Notes: a model not told the origin generated them from the letters alone. Counted from the first letter of the stretch, positions 41,701 to 51,743 are shown. The stretch is DNA of 64,000 nt from a bacterium (GCA_963662285.2 CAXXMV010000006.1:672001-736000), one strand, 5' to 3'. Numbers and translations: made by a program.

Positions 41701-41949
41701 ATCCCCACCCACCAGCCGGGATTATACGCCAACCGCTTCACCGACAAAAACGAAACCATAATCACTCTATACAACGCAACCCCATTTACCATCCGTGGAT
41801 TATGGTTAACCGAAAAAACAACCAACAGCAATATCACAAACCTATGGGATATATCAGGATTCAGCGTCGAATCATCAGAGGATAATCAACAAATAAGCGG
41901 AACAATCCACCCCCATCAGGTATCATGTCTCTTGATAAAAAAAATGTAG
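38746..41949 (+). CDS. Large secreted glycoside hydrolase-like protein (DUF6259-like TIM barrel)
   Basis: Signal peptide; GDWH.AF..Y, GVDAVYMDQYG, C....H.HP, LYTE motifs. Confidence 0.6.
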   Translation: MRRTYLTNPSSFHIIILFTLSSFFFGINQTSASQMGWSIHCSNSDEWKLVSGDGSFTKSQDRFTAFAISNTTATWRLTTEPIWIYKFSELKLRYRFNGASNLNQPVLWLQPGSIGPVTPGANNLENPLARSGAMPLSIPPGQINGQIHEFSVKVHPTIKTDQIDQITVTLQSLNQPVSLEIFELSFINPDLQSDAIISLDNLTPLPDSRFDQVISPLILDHADTPLSLLTDNHSSPPERVQCAAIPFQMPQSNTIHATDLSQRGAIELDINQSCSEIFLLMSCDLVGTDDGFGFSPRTKIIEPERLIVQLEYDDGAIDHAFPYNLNYSGFVVNASQVCSYVIPCHAQKTLQQLRIVDMMSYGRVILLAASINAGAKQLATIPHVRYPKSLPSPAISQIPISASIVVQDNRYIKIDNHAYRMEIDARSGCRITSLYHKIAQKEMLSQPSALFALQAGGLTISPDQLHFETFNASSDNLELVYSIKTEGGQLGARVNLKSITASESALSCIIENHSYNAQSIRLRFPDLQGLKISPDPDDDFYLYPRKRAAWSNQPVKLGSEHSGEFPLQFMDLYSESLACGIALHSRDQHLIVKKYLFEKDQSGVRMAIEYGANQPITIKPKQGFATPPSVLQFHSGDWHAAFQSYKTWCNTWYQPNPATRSILKDVFICRRDYPIGGTGYLFDLKNNHYTLPDLIEESNQDLGGIDMIDISSWAYSEKFGRVGEYEKYELGGKEDFRQSIQQSHDLNIPVGLYFESYLLDPRSTAGSQYGKDWQVIDKNYKPKTWQGNEEMYMCAFAPGWRNFLSQSMLSVANDTGVDAVYMDQYGYGNRNNTCFAPNHNHPLGEHPILGEHGMLRQVRQTLNKSERPVALYTEQVPNDISSQYVDAAFDYSFWGGRHYQSQAKLHLFRFAFPSFKVVQLFHPGIDPRAASAEDAKLCFFYGEAMWLKGRAKSWFSSECRQFISKSHRIFQDHIGAFTAPDVEPMIPTHQPGLYANRFTDKNETIITLYNATPFTIRGLWLTEKTTNSNITNLWDISGFSVESSEDNQQISGTIHPHQVSCLLIKKM

Positions 41950-42104
41950 GATGGATCAGCTTCACCGATCCATCAAAACCACCTTTGTCTAATCCATTCC
42001 CTCGTGGGCGCCCGAATATCCAAAGTAGGGTGCGCCCCTTGTGGGCGCCCGAACCTATCAACAACCAAAGTGTGGGTCGCGCCTTACCGACTTACCAAAG
42101 CCAC
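41946..42104. repeat. Cluster of GTAG-type REP-like palindromes
   Basis: GTAGGATGGATC..GATCCATC, GTAGGGTGCGCCCCTTGTGGGCGCCCG, GGGTCGCGCCTTACCGAC (the last also at 44981-45016). Confidence 0.75.
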
Positions 42105-42229
42105 TCAAAAATACCAAATAATCTATGAATTATTCAATTATAGTCTGGTAACAAAATCACTATTTGCTATACTTTTGTTATAAAAAGATTGATATCATAA
42201 TCATTCCATATACGGAAAAAGGAGAAATC

Positions 42230-44902
42230 ATGATACCCTCTAAAGTATATTTTTATCTCCCGTTTATCTTATTGATTGTCGCTCAAACAGGTTTTGCCAT
42301 CACCGAAATAAGCGGAGATATTTATGATGGTAATGGCGGCCCGTTAATCGCGGGAACCTATGATGTCTCTGGTGAAGTCACCATTCCCGAAGGCCAAACC
42401 CTGACTATCGAAGGCGGCGCCATACTCAAATTCCGCCCCGGGAAAAATTTCAATATTGACGGCGCATTAAATGTCCAGGGTCTTGCCAATGACCGCGTTT
42501 TTTTCACCAGTCAAGACGATAATGATATCGGTGAAAATCATCCTAACTCAAGCGGGAATCCCGAACCGGGCGATTGGCCCAAAATAGAATTCAACCAAAA
42601 CAGTTCAGGAACAGTTAAATTCGCGGTTTTCCGCTATGGAGGGCGTTGGGCCGGGGGAACCAATACCAATGTTTTAACAATCAGAGGAAAAGTCGATATC
42701 TTTGACTGCTTCTTCACCCTCAACCTCAACTCAAATATTCTTATCAGCGACAATATTTCTCAGATCGACATAGAACGCACGAAAATACGCGGGGCGGTTA
42801 ATGGTGCAGGAATTGCAATTGAAGGCATCGCCAATACGGCAATACGGGACTGCGTTATCGAACAATGCGAAGATGAAGCCATTCACCTGGACGATCCAAC
42901 CAACCTCATCACCTGTACTTTTGAAAACATCCAGGCGGTTGATAACGATGTAAACGCCATAGAGACATCAGGCATGATTACCAAATCCGGCGCCATTTCA
43001 GTGACTACATTACCAATCTTTCTATCATGGGATATCGAAATCGGATCCAATGAGCCCGCTGAACTGGACATTACAGTTAACGTGGCGCCGGGAGTGGTAT
43101 TCAAATCGCCTAATAGATCAATCCAGGTATTTGATAAACTTAACTTTAATGGAACTGCCGACAATCCAATTTTCATGACCTCAGAAGAAGACGATTCGGT
43201 CGGAGGCGACGTGCGCTCTGATGGCGTCGAAAGTCAACCCGAGCCGGGGCAATGGTCTAAACTTGAATATAATGAGGGCAGCAGCGGTTCCATCAACCAC
43301 ACCATTTTCCGCTATGGCGGACGCTGGGGCGGCGGAACTAATACTAATGTTCTCGTTACGAATGGAACAATAACCGTCAACAACTGCCTGTTTGAATCCA
43401 ATCAAAATTCCGCCATTTTCATTGATGGAAAAACCGTCCTGGATAATGTAAAAATCAAAAACACCATCAGTGGTCATGGTATCCAGATAGGCGATGTAAT
43501 TTCATCAAGCGTTATTCGCAATTGTGAAATTGACCACTGTGAGGATTCCGCCATTTACATGAATAATCCATCAAATTTACTTACCTGTTCTTTTGACAAC
43601 ATTACGGCAACCAACAACGATGTTAACGCCATTGAAACCAATGGAACTATTTCCATATCCGGCGATATAACCACAACCGCATTGCCTATTTTCATTTATC
43701 AAGATATTGAAATCGGATACAGCGATCCAGATGAACCGGATGTGGTCGTCAATGTCAAACCGGGAGTTATTTTCAAAATGAGAAACCGAGCTTTTCGCGT
43801 TCATGATACCCTGAACATCCAGGGAACCGCTTCAAATCCGGTATTCTTCACCTCTGACCGGGATGATTCAGTTGGAGGCGACACCCGGAGCGATGGCGCT
43901 GAAAACATTGCAGAACCGGGTCAATGGCCTAAATTGGAATACAACGATGAAAGCCGGGGAACCATTTCACATGCTATTTTAAGGTATGGCGGTCAATGGG
44001 GCGGCGGAACAGCTGTTTCGATGCTGGATATCACCAGTCCCGAATTAAAGATAAGTGATGTCTTACTTGAATACTCTAGAAATGACGCCATCCGGCTGGG
44101 GGATGGTCATTATACTTTAGACCGCGTAATAGCGCGCAATAATAGCGGCGGTTTATGGCTCAATGATTCAGGAAACACAAATATCACCTCATCTCAATTC
44201 ACCCATAATGGAAGAGATGGCATCTTAATCGAAGATAACCATTCACTTAAAGCCACAGGATTGCTGCTCGCCAATAATGAACGCAACGGCGTCTATGTCA
44301 GATCAGGGGGATCAGTTCAAGTCAATCAAAGTGATATTGTTGACAATCAAGATTGGGCGGTTGAAATGAGAGAACCCATTGTCGCAGATTTCTTAGGCAA
44401 CTACTGGGGAGAAAGCAACGGACCTTTCGATGACAATAGCAGCGTGCAATCTGAAAACGACCAATTAAATCTGCTCAACGATTCCAACGCCGCCAACCGG
44501 GTAACGGATTTTGTCAATTGGGGAAATCCTTCTCCAAACTCATTCCTCACACCACCAGTTACCGGCTCTTTCCCCATATTACTAGAAGGATTTGATGCCA
44601 TTCTTTTACATCAATTCCAAGCATCAATTCCGGTATTCGGCAACAATCTAATCGCATGTTCCAATAGAGAAAGCATCATCGTTGACCGCCGCGGCGATGG
44701 AGATTACCTAATCTGGCTTACGGCTGACGGTCAACAAGACATCGCCCGGACGCCTTCATCACTCCAGATAATTCAGGGAATTGTTCCCGCAGGCGGCAAT
44801 GCAATTCAAGTGCTTGTGGAAAACCTGACAGAAAATTCCTGGTCCATTTACCAAATATCAGGCCCGATCTACACCGCCATCAAAGATTTCATGCAGTATT
44901 GA
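42230..44902 (+). CDS. Secreted right-handed beta-helix repeat protein with three internal repeats
   Basis: Three copies of F.TS..DD..G...P.PG.W.K.E.N...RYGG.W.GGT; AAGGAG RBS. Confidence 0.82.
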   Translation: MIPSKVYFYLPFILLIVAQTGFAITEISGDIYDGNGGPLIAGTYDVSGEVTIPEGQTLTIEGGAILKFRPGKNFNIDGALNVQGLANDRVFFTSQDDNDIGENHPNSSGNPEPGDWPKIEFNQNSSGTVKFAVFRYGGRWAGGTNTNVLTIRGKVDIFDCFFTLNLNSNILISDNISQIDIERTKIRGAVNGAGIAIEGIANTAIRDCVIEQCEDEAIHLDDPTNLITCTFENIQAVDNDVNAIETSGMITKSGAISVTTLPIFLSWDIEIGSNEPAELDITVNVAPGVVFKSPNRSIQVFDKLNFNGTADNPIFMTSEEDDSVGGDVRSDGVESQPEPGQWSKLEYNEGSSGSINHTIFRYGGRWGGGTNTNVLVTNGTITVNNCLFESNQNSAIFIDGKTVLDNVKIKNTISGHGIQIGDVISSSVIRNCEIDHCEDSAIYMNNPSNLLTCSFDNITATNNDVNAIETNGTISISGDITTTALPIFIYQDIEIGYSDPDEPDVVVNVKPGVIFKMRNRAFRVHDTLNIQGTASNPVFFTSDRDDSVGGDTRSDGAENIAEPGQWPKLEYNDESRGTISHAILRYGGQWGGGTAVSMLDITSPELKISDVLLEYSRNDAIRLGDGHYTLDRVIARNNSGGLWLNDSGNTNITSSQFTHNGRDGILIEDNHSLKATGLLLANNERNGVYVRSGGSVQVNQSDIVDNQDWAVEMREPIVADFLGNYWGESNGPFDDNSSVQSENDQLNLLNDSNAANRVTDFVNWGNPSPNSFLTPPVTGSFPILLEGFDAILLHQFQASIPVFGNNLIACSNRESIIVDRRGDGDYLIWLTADGQQDIARTPSSLQIIQGIVPAGGNAIQVLVENLTENSWSIYQISGPIYTAIKDFMQY

Positions 44903-44919
44903 TTCTTCAGTAAAACAAA

Positions 44920-44963
44920 AGGCCATACAGAATCATTCAAAAACAATGCATTCTGTATGGCCT
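44920..44963. terminator. Hairpin between convergent genes, probable terminator
   Basis: 14-bp stem AGGCCATACAGAAT/ATTCTGTATGGCCT. Confidence 0.55.
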
Positions 44964-46492
44964 AAACTATTAATCAAAACAGGGTAGGTCGCGCCTTACC
45001 GACCTACCAAAGCCACCTATGATTTATTCTTATCCACAACATCACCTCCACTGTTATCCGAAATGGTGTTATTTGACAGTGTGGCTTTTCCGCCTTTATA
45101 TATTAATAAACCGCTTTTTTGGTTGTTTTTTGATTGGTTATTTGTCAGCGTGACATTACTCCCGATATCGACCACAATACCCTCGCCCTGGTTTTTTTCC
45201 ACTATATTACCATCAGCAATACCGGAAGCCCCTTTCACAAATGCAATGCCATCGATGTTATTCGATTTGCAGCGATTATTTTTCACCGTAACGTTAGTAG
45301 AGGATTCAAAAATTAGGATGCCGGATTCTTTGTTTTTCTCACAATGATTGTCTTCAATCGTGCCTTTGGCGCCTTCATTAAATATGATTCCGCTACGATA
45401 ATTATCCCGGCATATATTCTTGGTCAGAGTTGCCTGCGTGCCAGTATGCATAATAACGATTCCCGCCTCTTCGTTGAATTTACAGGTGTTTGAGGTCAGG
45501 ACGCCCTTGGCGCCTTCGACAAACACGATTCCGCTCATTTTGTTTTTGATGCATTGATTGTACTTAAGAAATGGCGAAGTTCCTTTGTGGTATACGCCGA
45601 TACCGAATTGGGTGTTTTCTGAACAGATATTATGTTCTGCTGTACCACTGGCTCCATCCATATAGCGTATACCATCGATATTCCACATGCATTTGTTATT
45701 ACGCAGGACTGGTGAAGTGTTTATATTAGTTAAGCCAATACCAAAGCATCTGTTTTCCGTGCATATATTACTGCTGGCTGATCCCTTGGCGCCCTTGTCA
45801 TAATAGATTCCACTTTCACAATTATAAATGGAGTTTTTGAGAATCGCAGGAGACGTCCCCTGACCTGAAACATAAATTCCTGCCCCTCTCACCATATTGT
45901 TTAACGAATTATTTTCAATCACGCCCTTGGCTTGATCAAGCATATAGACGCCATAGCACAACTGATGTGCTATAAAATTATTCTTGATAACCGGAGCGCA
46001 GCCCGCCCCTTGCGCAAAAATACCATATTTGCAGTTTCCCATTGTGCAATCATTAATAACAGGTTTACAAGCGCCCCATAAACCAATCGCATAATAATTA
46101 AAATCCTGTATTATGCAATTCGATATTTCAATGGAACTACCAACGACGCCAATTCCGTTCAAGGTATCTTTTATTGTGGTGGGATTTTTGTTTTTCAAGG
46201 TTTTCGCATTAAACAACATTTTAACCGTAAAATTAGATATCTGCCCGGTAGAGCATTTTTCTGCAAAAATTGCATGCATTTCATCGCTTTGAATTATAGT
46301 TTTTTCGACGCTTTCACCAATTAAATTGATGCCATCCTTGAATATAAGACTCTCCTTATAGACTCCGTTTTTGACGCGCACCGTCTCACCTTTCTTACAG
46401 GCGGTTATGGCGGCTTTAATAGTTGGATACTTATCAGGAACGATAATATCCGCTCTGGAGCCTTTAGTAATGAAGGAAACAATAAAGATAAC

Positions 46493-47883
46493 GGTTCTAT
46501 AAAGAAATCTGTGGGTGAATGATAGCAAAAATACTTCGAATAGTAGAGGTATAAAAAAGACATCCGGTCTCTTATCCTGAAAGAATGAAATCAGCGAAAA
46601 ATCATCAACCAGGAGGAAACCGGATGGATGTCATTAGAATCCTCAATCGTGTTCATAAAATCAAGGGGTATGTATATGCTTCTAGCAAATTTGGTGAATG
46701 GAATGGTAAAACATCCATAGAGGTAAAAGTCCGTGCTCATGTCAAAAGCCGCCCGATATGTTCATGCTGCGGAGAAAAAGGATCAGGTTATGACAGATTA
46801 GATGCGCGCCGATTTGAGTTTATCCCGATATGGGGATTAACCGTATTCCTGATCTATGCCATGCGCCGCGTGAATTGTCACCGCTGTGGAGTGAAAGTTG
46901 AAAAGGTACCTTGGGCCGATGGTAAACATGAATTAACGCATATCTATCAATGGTTCTTGGCGAGCTGGGCCAAGCGGATGAGTTGGAGCCAAGTGGCGGA
47001 AGCATTTCAAACAAGTTGGTACAATGTTTTTCATTCGGTTGAACGGGCGGTAGAATGGGGCCGCCAGCATGTGAACCTGGAAGGAATCACCGCCATTGGA
47101 ATCGATGAAATGCAATGGGGCGGCGGCCATCAGTATGTGACAGTGGTATATCAAATCAATGAGAATTGCAAACGGCTGCTGTGGATCGGGGAAAAAAGAA
47201 AGATCAAAACACTGTTGAAATTCTTCAGATGGTTCGGGGAAGAGCGTTCAAAAAAATTGGAATTTGTGTGCAGTGATATGTGGAAAGCTTATCTCAAAGT
47301 CATTCGCAAAAAAGCCAAAAGCGCGCTGAATGTATTGGATCGGTTTCACATCATGGCTCATATGAACAAAGCCATAGATCAAGTCCGCGCTGGAGAATCC
47401 CGTGAATTGAAGGCCAAGGGATTAGAACCGGTATTAAAAGGAAGTCGCTGGTGGTTTCTGAAACGCCCGGATAATTTGACAGTCAAGCAGGTCGATAAAT
47501 TAGCCAACGTGGTTCGATATAATCTGCGCACGGTGAGAAGTTATCTTCTCAAAGAGGAATTTCAATTTTTCTGGGAATATAAATCAGCATGGTGGGCTGG
47601 ACGCTTCATGGATCAGTGGTGTACTAAAACCATGCGCTCGCGAATCGAACCAATGAAGAAAGTGGCCAAGATGCTGCGCAACCATCGCGAACTGATTTTG
47701 AACTGGTTTCGGGCGAAAAAGGAGTTTTCTTCTGGAGTGGTGGAAGGCTTAAACAACAAGGCCAAAGTGACTACCAAAATGGCGTACGGTTTTCGAACCT
47801 ACAAAGCGCTGGAAATCGCCTTATATCATACACTTGGCGATTTACCAGAACCAAATTTCACCCACAGATTTTTTTGAAGAGGC
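46493..47883 (+). mobile_element. ISL3-family insertion sequence
   Basis: TIR GGTTCTATAAAGAAATCTGTGGGTGAA / GCCTCTTCAAAAAAATCTGTGGGTGAA; 8-bp TSD AAGATAAC (46485-46492, 47884-47891). Confidence 0.95.
46585..47877 (+). CDS. ISL3-family transposase
   Basis: CxxC zinc finger, IGIDE, CSDMW, DRFH, EGLNNKAK...YGFR; the stop lies inside the right IR. Confidence 0.95.
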   Translation: MKSAKNHQPGGNRMDVIRILNRVHKIKGYVYASSKFGEWNGKTSIEVKVRAHVKSRPICSCCGEKGSGYDRLDARRFEFIPIWGLTVFLIYAMRRVNCHRCGVKVEKVPWADGKHELTHIYQWFLASWAKRMSWSQVAEAFQTSWYNVFHSVERAVEWGRQHVNLEGITAIGIDEMQWGGGHQYVTVVYQINENCKRLLWIGEKRKIKTLLKFFRWFGEERSKKLEFVCSDMWKAYLKVIRKKAKSALNVLDRFHIMAHMNKAIDQVRAGESRELKAKGLEPVLKGSRWWFLKRPDNLTVKQVDKLANVVRYNLRTVRSYLLKEEFQFFWEYKSAWWAGRFMDQWCTKTMRSRIEPMKKVAKMLRNHRELILNWFRAKKEFSSGVVEGLNNKAKVTTKMAYGFRTYKALEIALYHTLGDLPEPNFTHRFF

Positions 47884-47990
47884 AAGATAACAATAAGTGA
47901 TTTTATGATGAAAGACGTATGGTGGAGCATATTTTCCCTTTCTCTACATTATTATCCAAAGTTTGGTGCAAGAATTTTATTTTCAATGTT

Positions 47991-49502
47991 TTAATCTTTT
48001 AATGATAGTATCTGACATTTTCCTTTGATTGCCGGCACGGCTATGGTTTTTCCGTTTATGGTGATTTGCTCGATGGATGAGTTATCAGTGAAATCAGTGC
48101 GGCGGATCAACACTTTATCCTTCAAGCGCAATCCGGATATTACGCAGCCGGGTTTTTGGGGGACGCTGAAGTTGACCGGGACGCCGTTATCCAGGAACTC
48201 ACCATACTGCTGAGCAGCGCTCCAAACCGGATGCAAGAGACTGACCTCTTTGGCCTGTTCTTTCTGGGCGCACCACAGAAAGAAAGTATCCGTCCCCCGC
48301 AGCAGCATGTGCCACAGTAGTTCCTGATAGGCCCATTCACTCATTTGCTGAGGCTTGGTCAGACCTTGGGATGGCTTGTTGTATGCTTCGCTTAATCCTA
48401 CATCGACTGTATGCCAGTGTACGAAAGCGATAATAGGGACTTCGCTTGGCGTGTGACTTCCTGCGTTGCTTGCAACTAGAAGACCATTATAGAACCAGCG
48501 GTAGTCGCCCGGTTCGAAATCATACCAGTTCCAGGTCCATGACCAGGGGTAGACCACCGGCATGGAGAAGGTGTATCCGGTAGTTTCAAAGTCATTAGCC
48601 CAATGTCTATAACCAGCCTTCTGGTCGACCAGAACGGGTTGGCCTTCAACGGAATGTTCAAAATAGTCGTACCAGTATCGCCAACCGTCATGGGGATAAA
48701 CGGCGTAGTTGCCTACTAGCGCTTTAGGGAACATGTCAAGAACCGGTTCGGCGTAAGCCAGACGTTGCAAGCGGCTGCGGATAAGGCGCAGTTCGTGTTG
48801 ATAAGAGAGGAAATCGTCGGGTCGGGGGATGTTTTCACGGCATATACGGCAGCGTTTGGAGGCTTGATGCGCCCGGTTCCATTCCAGGGGGCCGTCGATT
48901 TCCCAATCGGCGAAGATGAAATCTACTGGAGTCTGTTCTTTCTTGTAAGCGTTCAGGAATGGAGTGAAGCGGTCTTTGATGGCTGGGATGCGGTGTTCCA
49001 GGCGGAAAGGGCAGCCCATTGTTTTTTTGCCGAATGTATCATCAAAGAACGGGGCGCCTTCTGAATCTATATGAGCGGTTTCAGGTGAGCCATCAAAGAA
49101 ACTGTAGAGCAGCGAATTGGCGTTGACGTTTACCCGAAGACCTTGTTTCTTTTGAGCGCGGGCTATGGGAAGGCATTCGGCAAGATTATCTTCCGGGCTT
49201 TTATGGTTCCAGGAACAAACCAGACCGACGCCTCTTTGATCGAGTAGTTTAACCAGTTCTTCGGCCTGTTGGTCGTTGAGTTTTCCCGGATTCATGGCAG
49301 GCCATAGATATAACGGCAAGCGGTTATTGCGTTCGAACTTAAGTGGTTTAGTCTGGTCGAGAACCAGTTGGATATGTTTGGCCCATTTTGTTTGATCGTC
49401 TTTTGCGCCAGCCAGATTGCCTGTATTGAGACTGGTTGCCAAAATTAAAAGCAAACCAAGCGTAACTAGTATTCTGCGATTCATTTTATCTGATACCCCC
49501 AT
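47991..49502 (-). CDS. Secreted hypothetical protein (possible TIM-barrel hydrolase)
   Basis: Signal peptide; FADWEIDGP; no family recognised. Confidence 0.65.
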   Translation of the reverse strand: MGVSDKMNRRILVTLGLLLILATSLNTGNLAGAKDDQTKWAKHIQLVLDQTKPLKFERNNRLPLYLWPAMNPGKLNDQQAEELVKLLDQRGVGLVCSWNHKSPEDNLAECLPIARAQKKQGLRVNVNANSLLYSFFDGSPETAHIDSEGAPFFDDTFGKKTMGCPFRLEHRIPAIKDRFTPFLNAYKKEQTPVDFIFADWEIDGPLEWNRAHQASKRCRICRENIPRPDDFLSYQHELRLIRSRLQRLAYAEPVLDMFPKALVGNYAVYPHDGWRYWYDYFEHSVEGQPVLVDQKAGYRHWANDFETTGYTFSMPVVYPWSWTWNWYDFEPGDYRWFYNGLLVASNAGSHTPSEVPIIAFVHWHTVDVGLSEAYNKPSQGLTKPQQMSEWAYQELLWHMLLRGTDTFFLWCAQKEQAKEVSLLHPVWSAAQQYGEFLDNGVPVNFSVPQKPGCVISGLRLKDKVLIRRTDFTDNSSIEQITINGKTIAVPAIKGKCQILSLKD

Positions 49503-49740
49503 TTATTATTTAAAGAGTAATGGATGAAACGTTTTTAATATACTGGAAAGAAATTAGATCATATAATATGTGGATTTAACTCTCAAGCGTAGAATGAGAA
49601 ATTGTTGAGTATTGTTTTAGAAAATTGCTCAAGCCTAGAAAAAAAAACGTTATATATTTAAGTGTTCATCTTGAATAGTAGTTATACTGGATGTTAAGAT
49701 CAGAAATATCTTTTGCGTTGTTTTTAATGGGAGACGAATA

Positions 49741-50379
49741 ATGAAAAAAGGTTTTACGTTAATTGAATTATTGATAGTAGTGGCCATTATCGGAATTTTG
49801 GCGGCTATCGCTGTGCCCAATTTTCTTAATGCGCAGATTCGCGCGAAAGTGGCGCGTTGCGTTGCTGATATGAAATCAGTTACTACTTCGGTGCAGATGC
49901 TGCAAGCTGACCGGGGAGTGTTATTAGTGGATTGGTGGGATGATGATGCAGAGTGGGGTCATGAGCGGTTGCGTGAAAAGTTTAATATGGTTGGCGCAGG
50001 CGATTATGAGAATCGCTCAACCAATATGGTGCTGGGGCCATTGACCAGTCCAATCAGTTATATGAGCGCGATTCCTCTTGATCCATTTTTACCTAGTGAA
50101 GAGAAATGGCATACCTCTTATAGGTATGGAGATAATGACGTCGCTGATCCTGGAGAGGATCATGGATATGGCGCTATCTTCGCTGCTAATGTAAAAAACA
50201 CAGGTTTGAGACCATTGAACACCAATAATTTTATCCTGGTCGGCATCGGGCCTGACGGCATCTTCGGATTGGGCGCCGGGTTTGGCGACGCTAACCGGGC
50301 GCTGCCTTATGAGGGCAGCAACGGATTGGTCAGCGCTGGCGATATTTCGTTGCGCGGCGGCGGTGGGATTAATCAGTAA
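49741..50379 (+). CDS. Type IV prepilin-like protein (intact)
   Basis: MKKG|FTLIELLIVVAIIGILAAIAVPNF; LTSPISY...DPF; GPDG; SNGLVSAGDI. Confidence 0.9.
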   Translation: MKKGFTLIELLIVVAIIGILAAIAVPNFLNAQIRAKVARCVADMKSVTTSVQMLQADRGVLLVDWWDDDAEWGHERLREKFNMVGAGDYENRSTNMVLGPLTSPISYMSAIPLDPFLPSEEKWHTSYRYGDNDVADPGEDHGYGAIFAANVKNTGLRPLNTNNFILVGIGPDGIFGLGAGFGDANRALPYEGSNGLVSAGDISLRGGGGINQ

Positions 50380-50422
50380 GCGGCGTATGGGGGTAGGGGT
50401 GGTTTTGGGCGCCCATGAAAGG

Positions 50423-50507
50423 CAATGTCATTAAGTTAAGGAATTTCACCCTATTGTTGGTGGTTTGATCAAGGGCTGACCGCATTGCGGTCTTGCCCTT
50501 GGCGCCC
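50423..50507. repeat. Orphan IS4-like terminus plus TCAAGGG repeat copy
   Basis: CAATGTCATTAAGTTAAG is identical to 1197-1213 over 17 nt; repeat unit at 50459-50507. Confidence 0.65.
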
Positions 50508-50543
50508 ATCTTCTTTCTTTATTGGTATACAGTTGTTTCTTGA

Positions 50544-51374
50544 TTATTTTCTATTTTCCAAAACATATTGGGCTATTGTAGCGACGGCGTCGATCCAGAT
50601 TCCGTTGGCCGGGTCTTTGGCGTATTGACATAGTTTTTCCAGGCTGGGGATCAGGGTGGTCTGGTTGCCTGATGGGGCGATTTCGTGTCCAGCCAGAATT
50701 AGCCAGCGTCCTTCTTTGGCTGCGCTATCTACCAGTTTCTTTAACTCTTCGAATGATTTGCCATCGCTCTCCATACCTTCAAGATGAGAAAAATCGCAGA
50801 ACCAGGGATCATTGGATGATTCACCCAGCCACCCGCGTCCGGTCAAGAACTTTTTGGATACCAGGGCGGCGTAGGTCTTCTGATTTTGACCGCGTCCCAC
50901 GAATTTTTGACCGCAGGGATAGGCGAAACTAACGGGGGTGATTTTCAAGTGGTCGAAGGTGAATTGGTTGGCTTTGTCCATTTCCTGTTCGATTTTGTCG
51001 AGAGTGTAGTTTTCCAGTGCGTTTTGGCGGGAGAATGCGTAGTTGCCGGTGCAGGGATGAGTCATGGTGTGGTTGCCGATTTCGTGACCTGCTTTTATTG
51101 CTGCAATCCAGCCATCTTTTCTTTGGAGTAAACTGTTGGGTGAAATATAGAAAGTTGCTTTTACGGCATATTTATTAAGCAGAGGGATTCCCGCGTCGAT
51201 CTGGCTTAGACGGGCGTCGTCGAAGGTTAAACTTACCGCGCAACGTTTGCCTTCGGGCCATGGAAACGGTTTGTCCCTGGGTTGATCGGGGATTTTATAT
51301 TGCGCCATAATAATACTCACATTTAAGAATGAAAAACATACAAAGAGAATGGTGGTTTTGGTTAGATGCTTCAT
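50544..51374 (-). CDS. Polysaccharide deacetylase family protein
   Basis: SLTFDD, HEIGNHTMTH, FAYPCG. Confidence 0.9.
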   Translation of the reverse strand: MKHLTKTTILFVCFSFLNVSIIMAQYKIPDQPRDKPFPWPEGKRCAVSLTFDDARLSQIDAGIPLLNKYAVKATFYISPNSLLQRKDGWIAAIKAGHEIGNHTMTHPCTGNYAFSRQNALENYTLDKIEQEMDKANQFTFDHLKITPVSFAYPCGQKFVGRGQNQKTYAALVSKKFLTGRGWLGESSNDPWFCDFSHLEGMESDGKSFEELKKLVDSAAKEGRWLILAGHEIAPSGNQTTLIPSLEKLCQYAKDPANGIWIDAVATIAQYVLENRK

Positions 51375-51576
51375 GGTAGTCTCCCTAAGATTATGAAAAA
51401 TTCAGGTGCGGTTCAAATTACATTACAATACAATAACTGGTATGTCTAGCTGGCTTTGGTGACTGCAAACATTAACTTATGGATGGTTTGTCTTTATTCT
51501 TAGAATCGTTGTTATAGTAGTAGTGTGAGCAATTTCTTTTGATTGGTGGAGTTTTTCTATGGGTACTGCGTTTTAC

Positions 51577-51695
51577 CGGGCGCCCACGAGGGGCGCGCCC
51601 TACATTAGGTGATTATTAATCCCTCTCACCCTAACCCTCTCCCGGCGGGAGAGGGGACTTGGTTACCTGACATTATGAGTTGAACGGAGTACTAG
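51577..51695. repeat. GTAG REP plus CCCTCTCCC/GGGAGAGGG hairpin with MITE-like right end
   Basis: 51621-51695 aligns with 15514-15589, including ACATTATGAGTTG...AGTACTAG. Confidence 0.72.
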
Positions 51696-51743
51696 ACGAA
51701 CTTTGACGAAATTTGAAAATAGTTGTTGTTTATGGAGAAATCA

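Larger units (their letters stand above)
45017..47930 (-). pseudogene. Beta-helix (NosD/pectin lyase-like) secreted protein interrupted by ISL3 in its signal peptide
   Basis: Removing 46493-47883 and one TSD copy gives in-frame MLHHTSFIIKSLIVIFIVSFITKGSRA-DIIVPDKYPTIKAAI. Confidence 0.9.
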
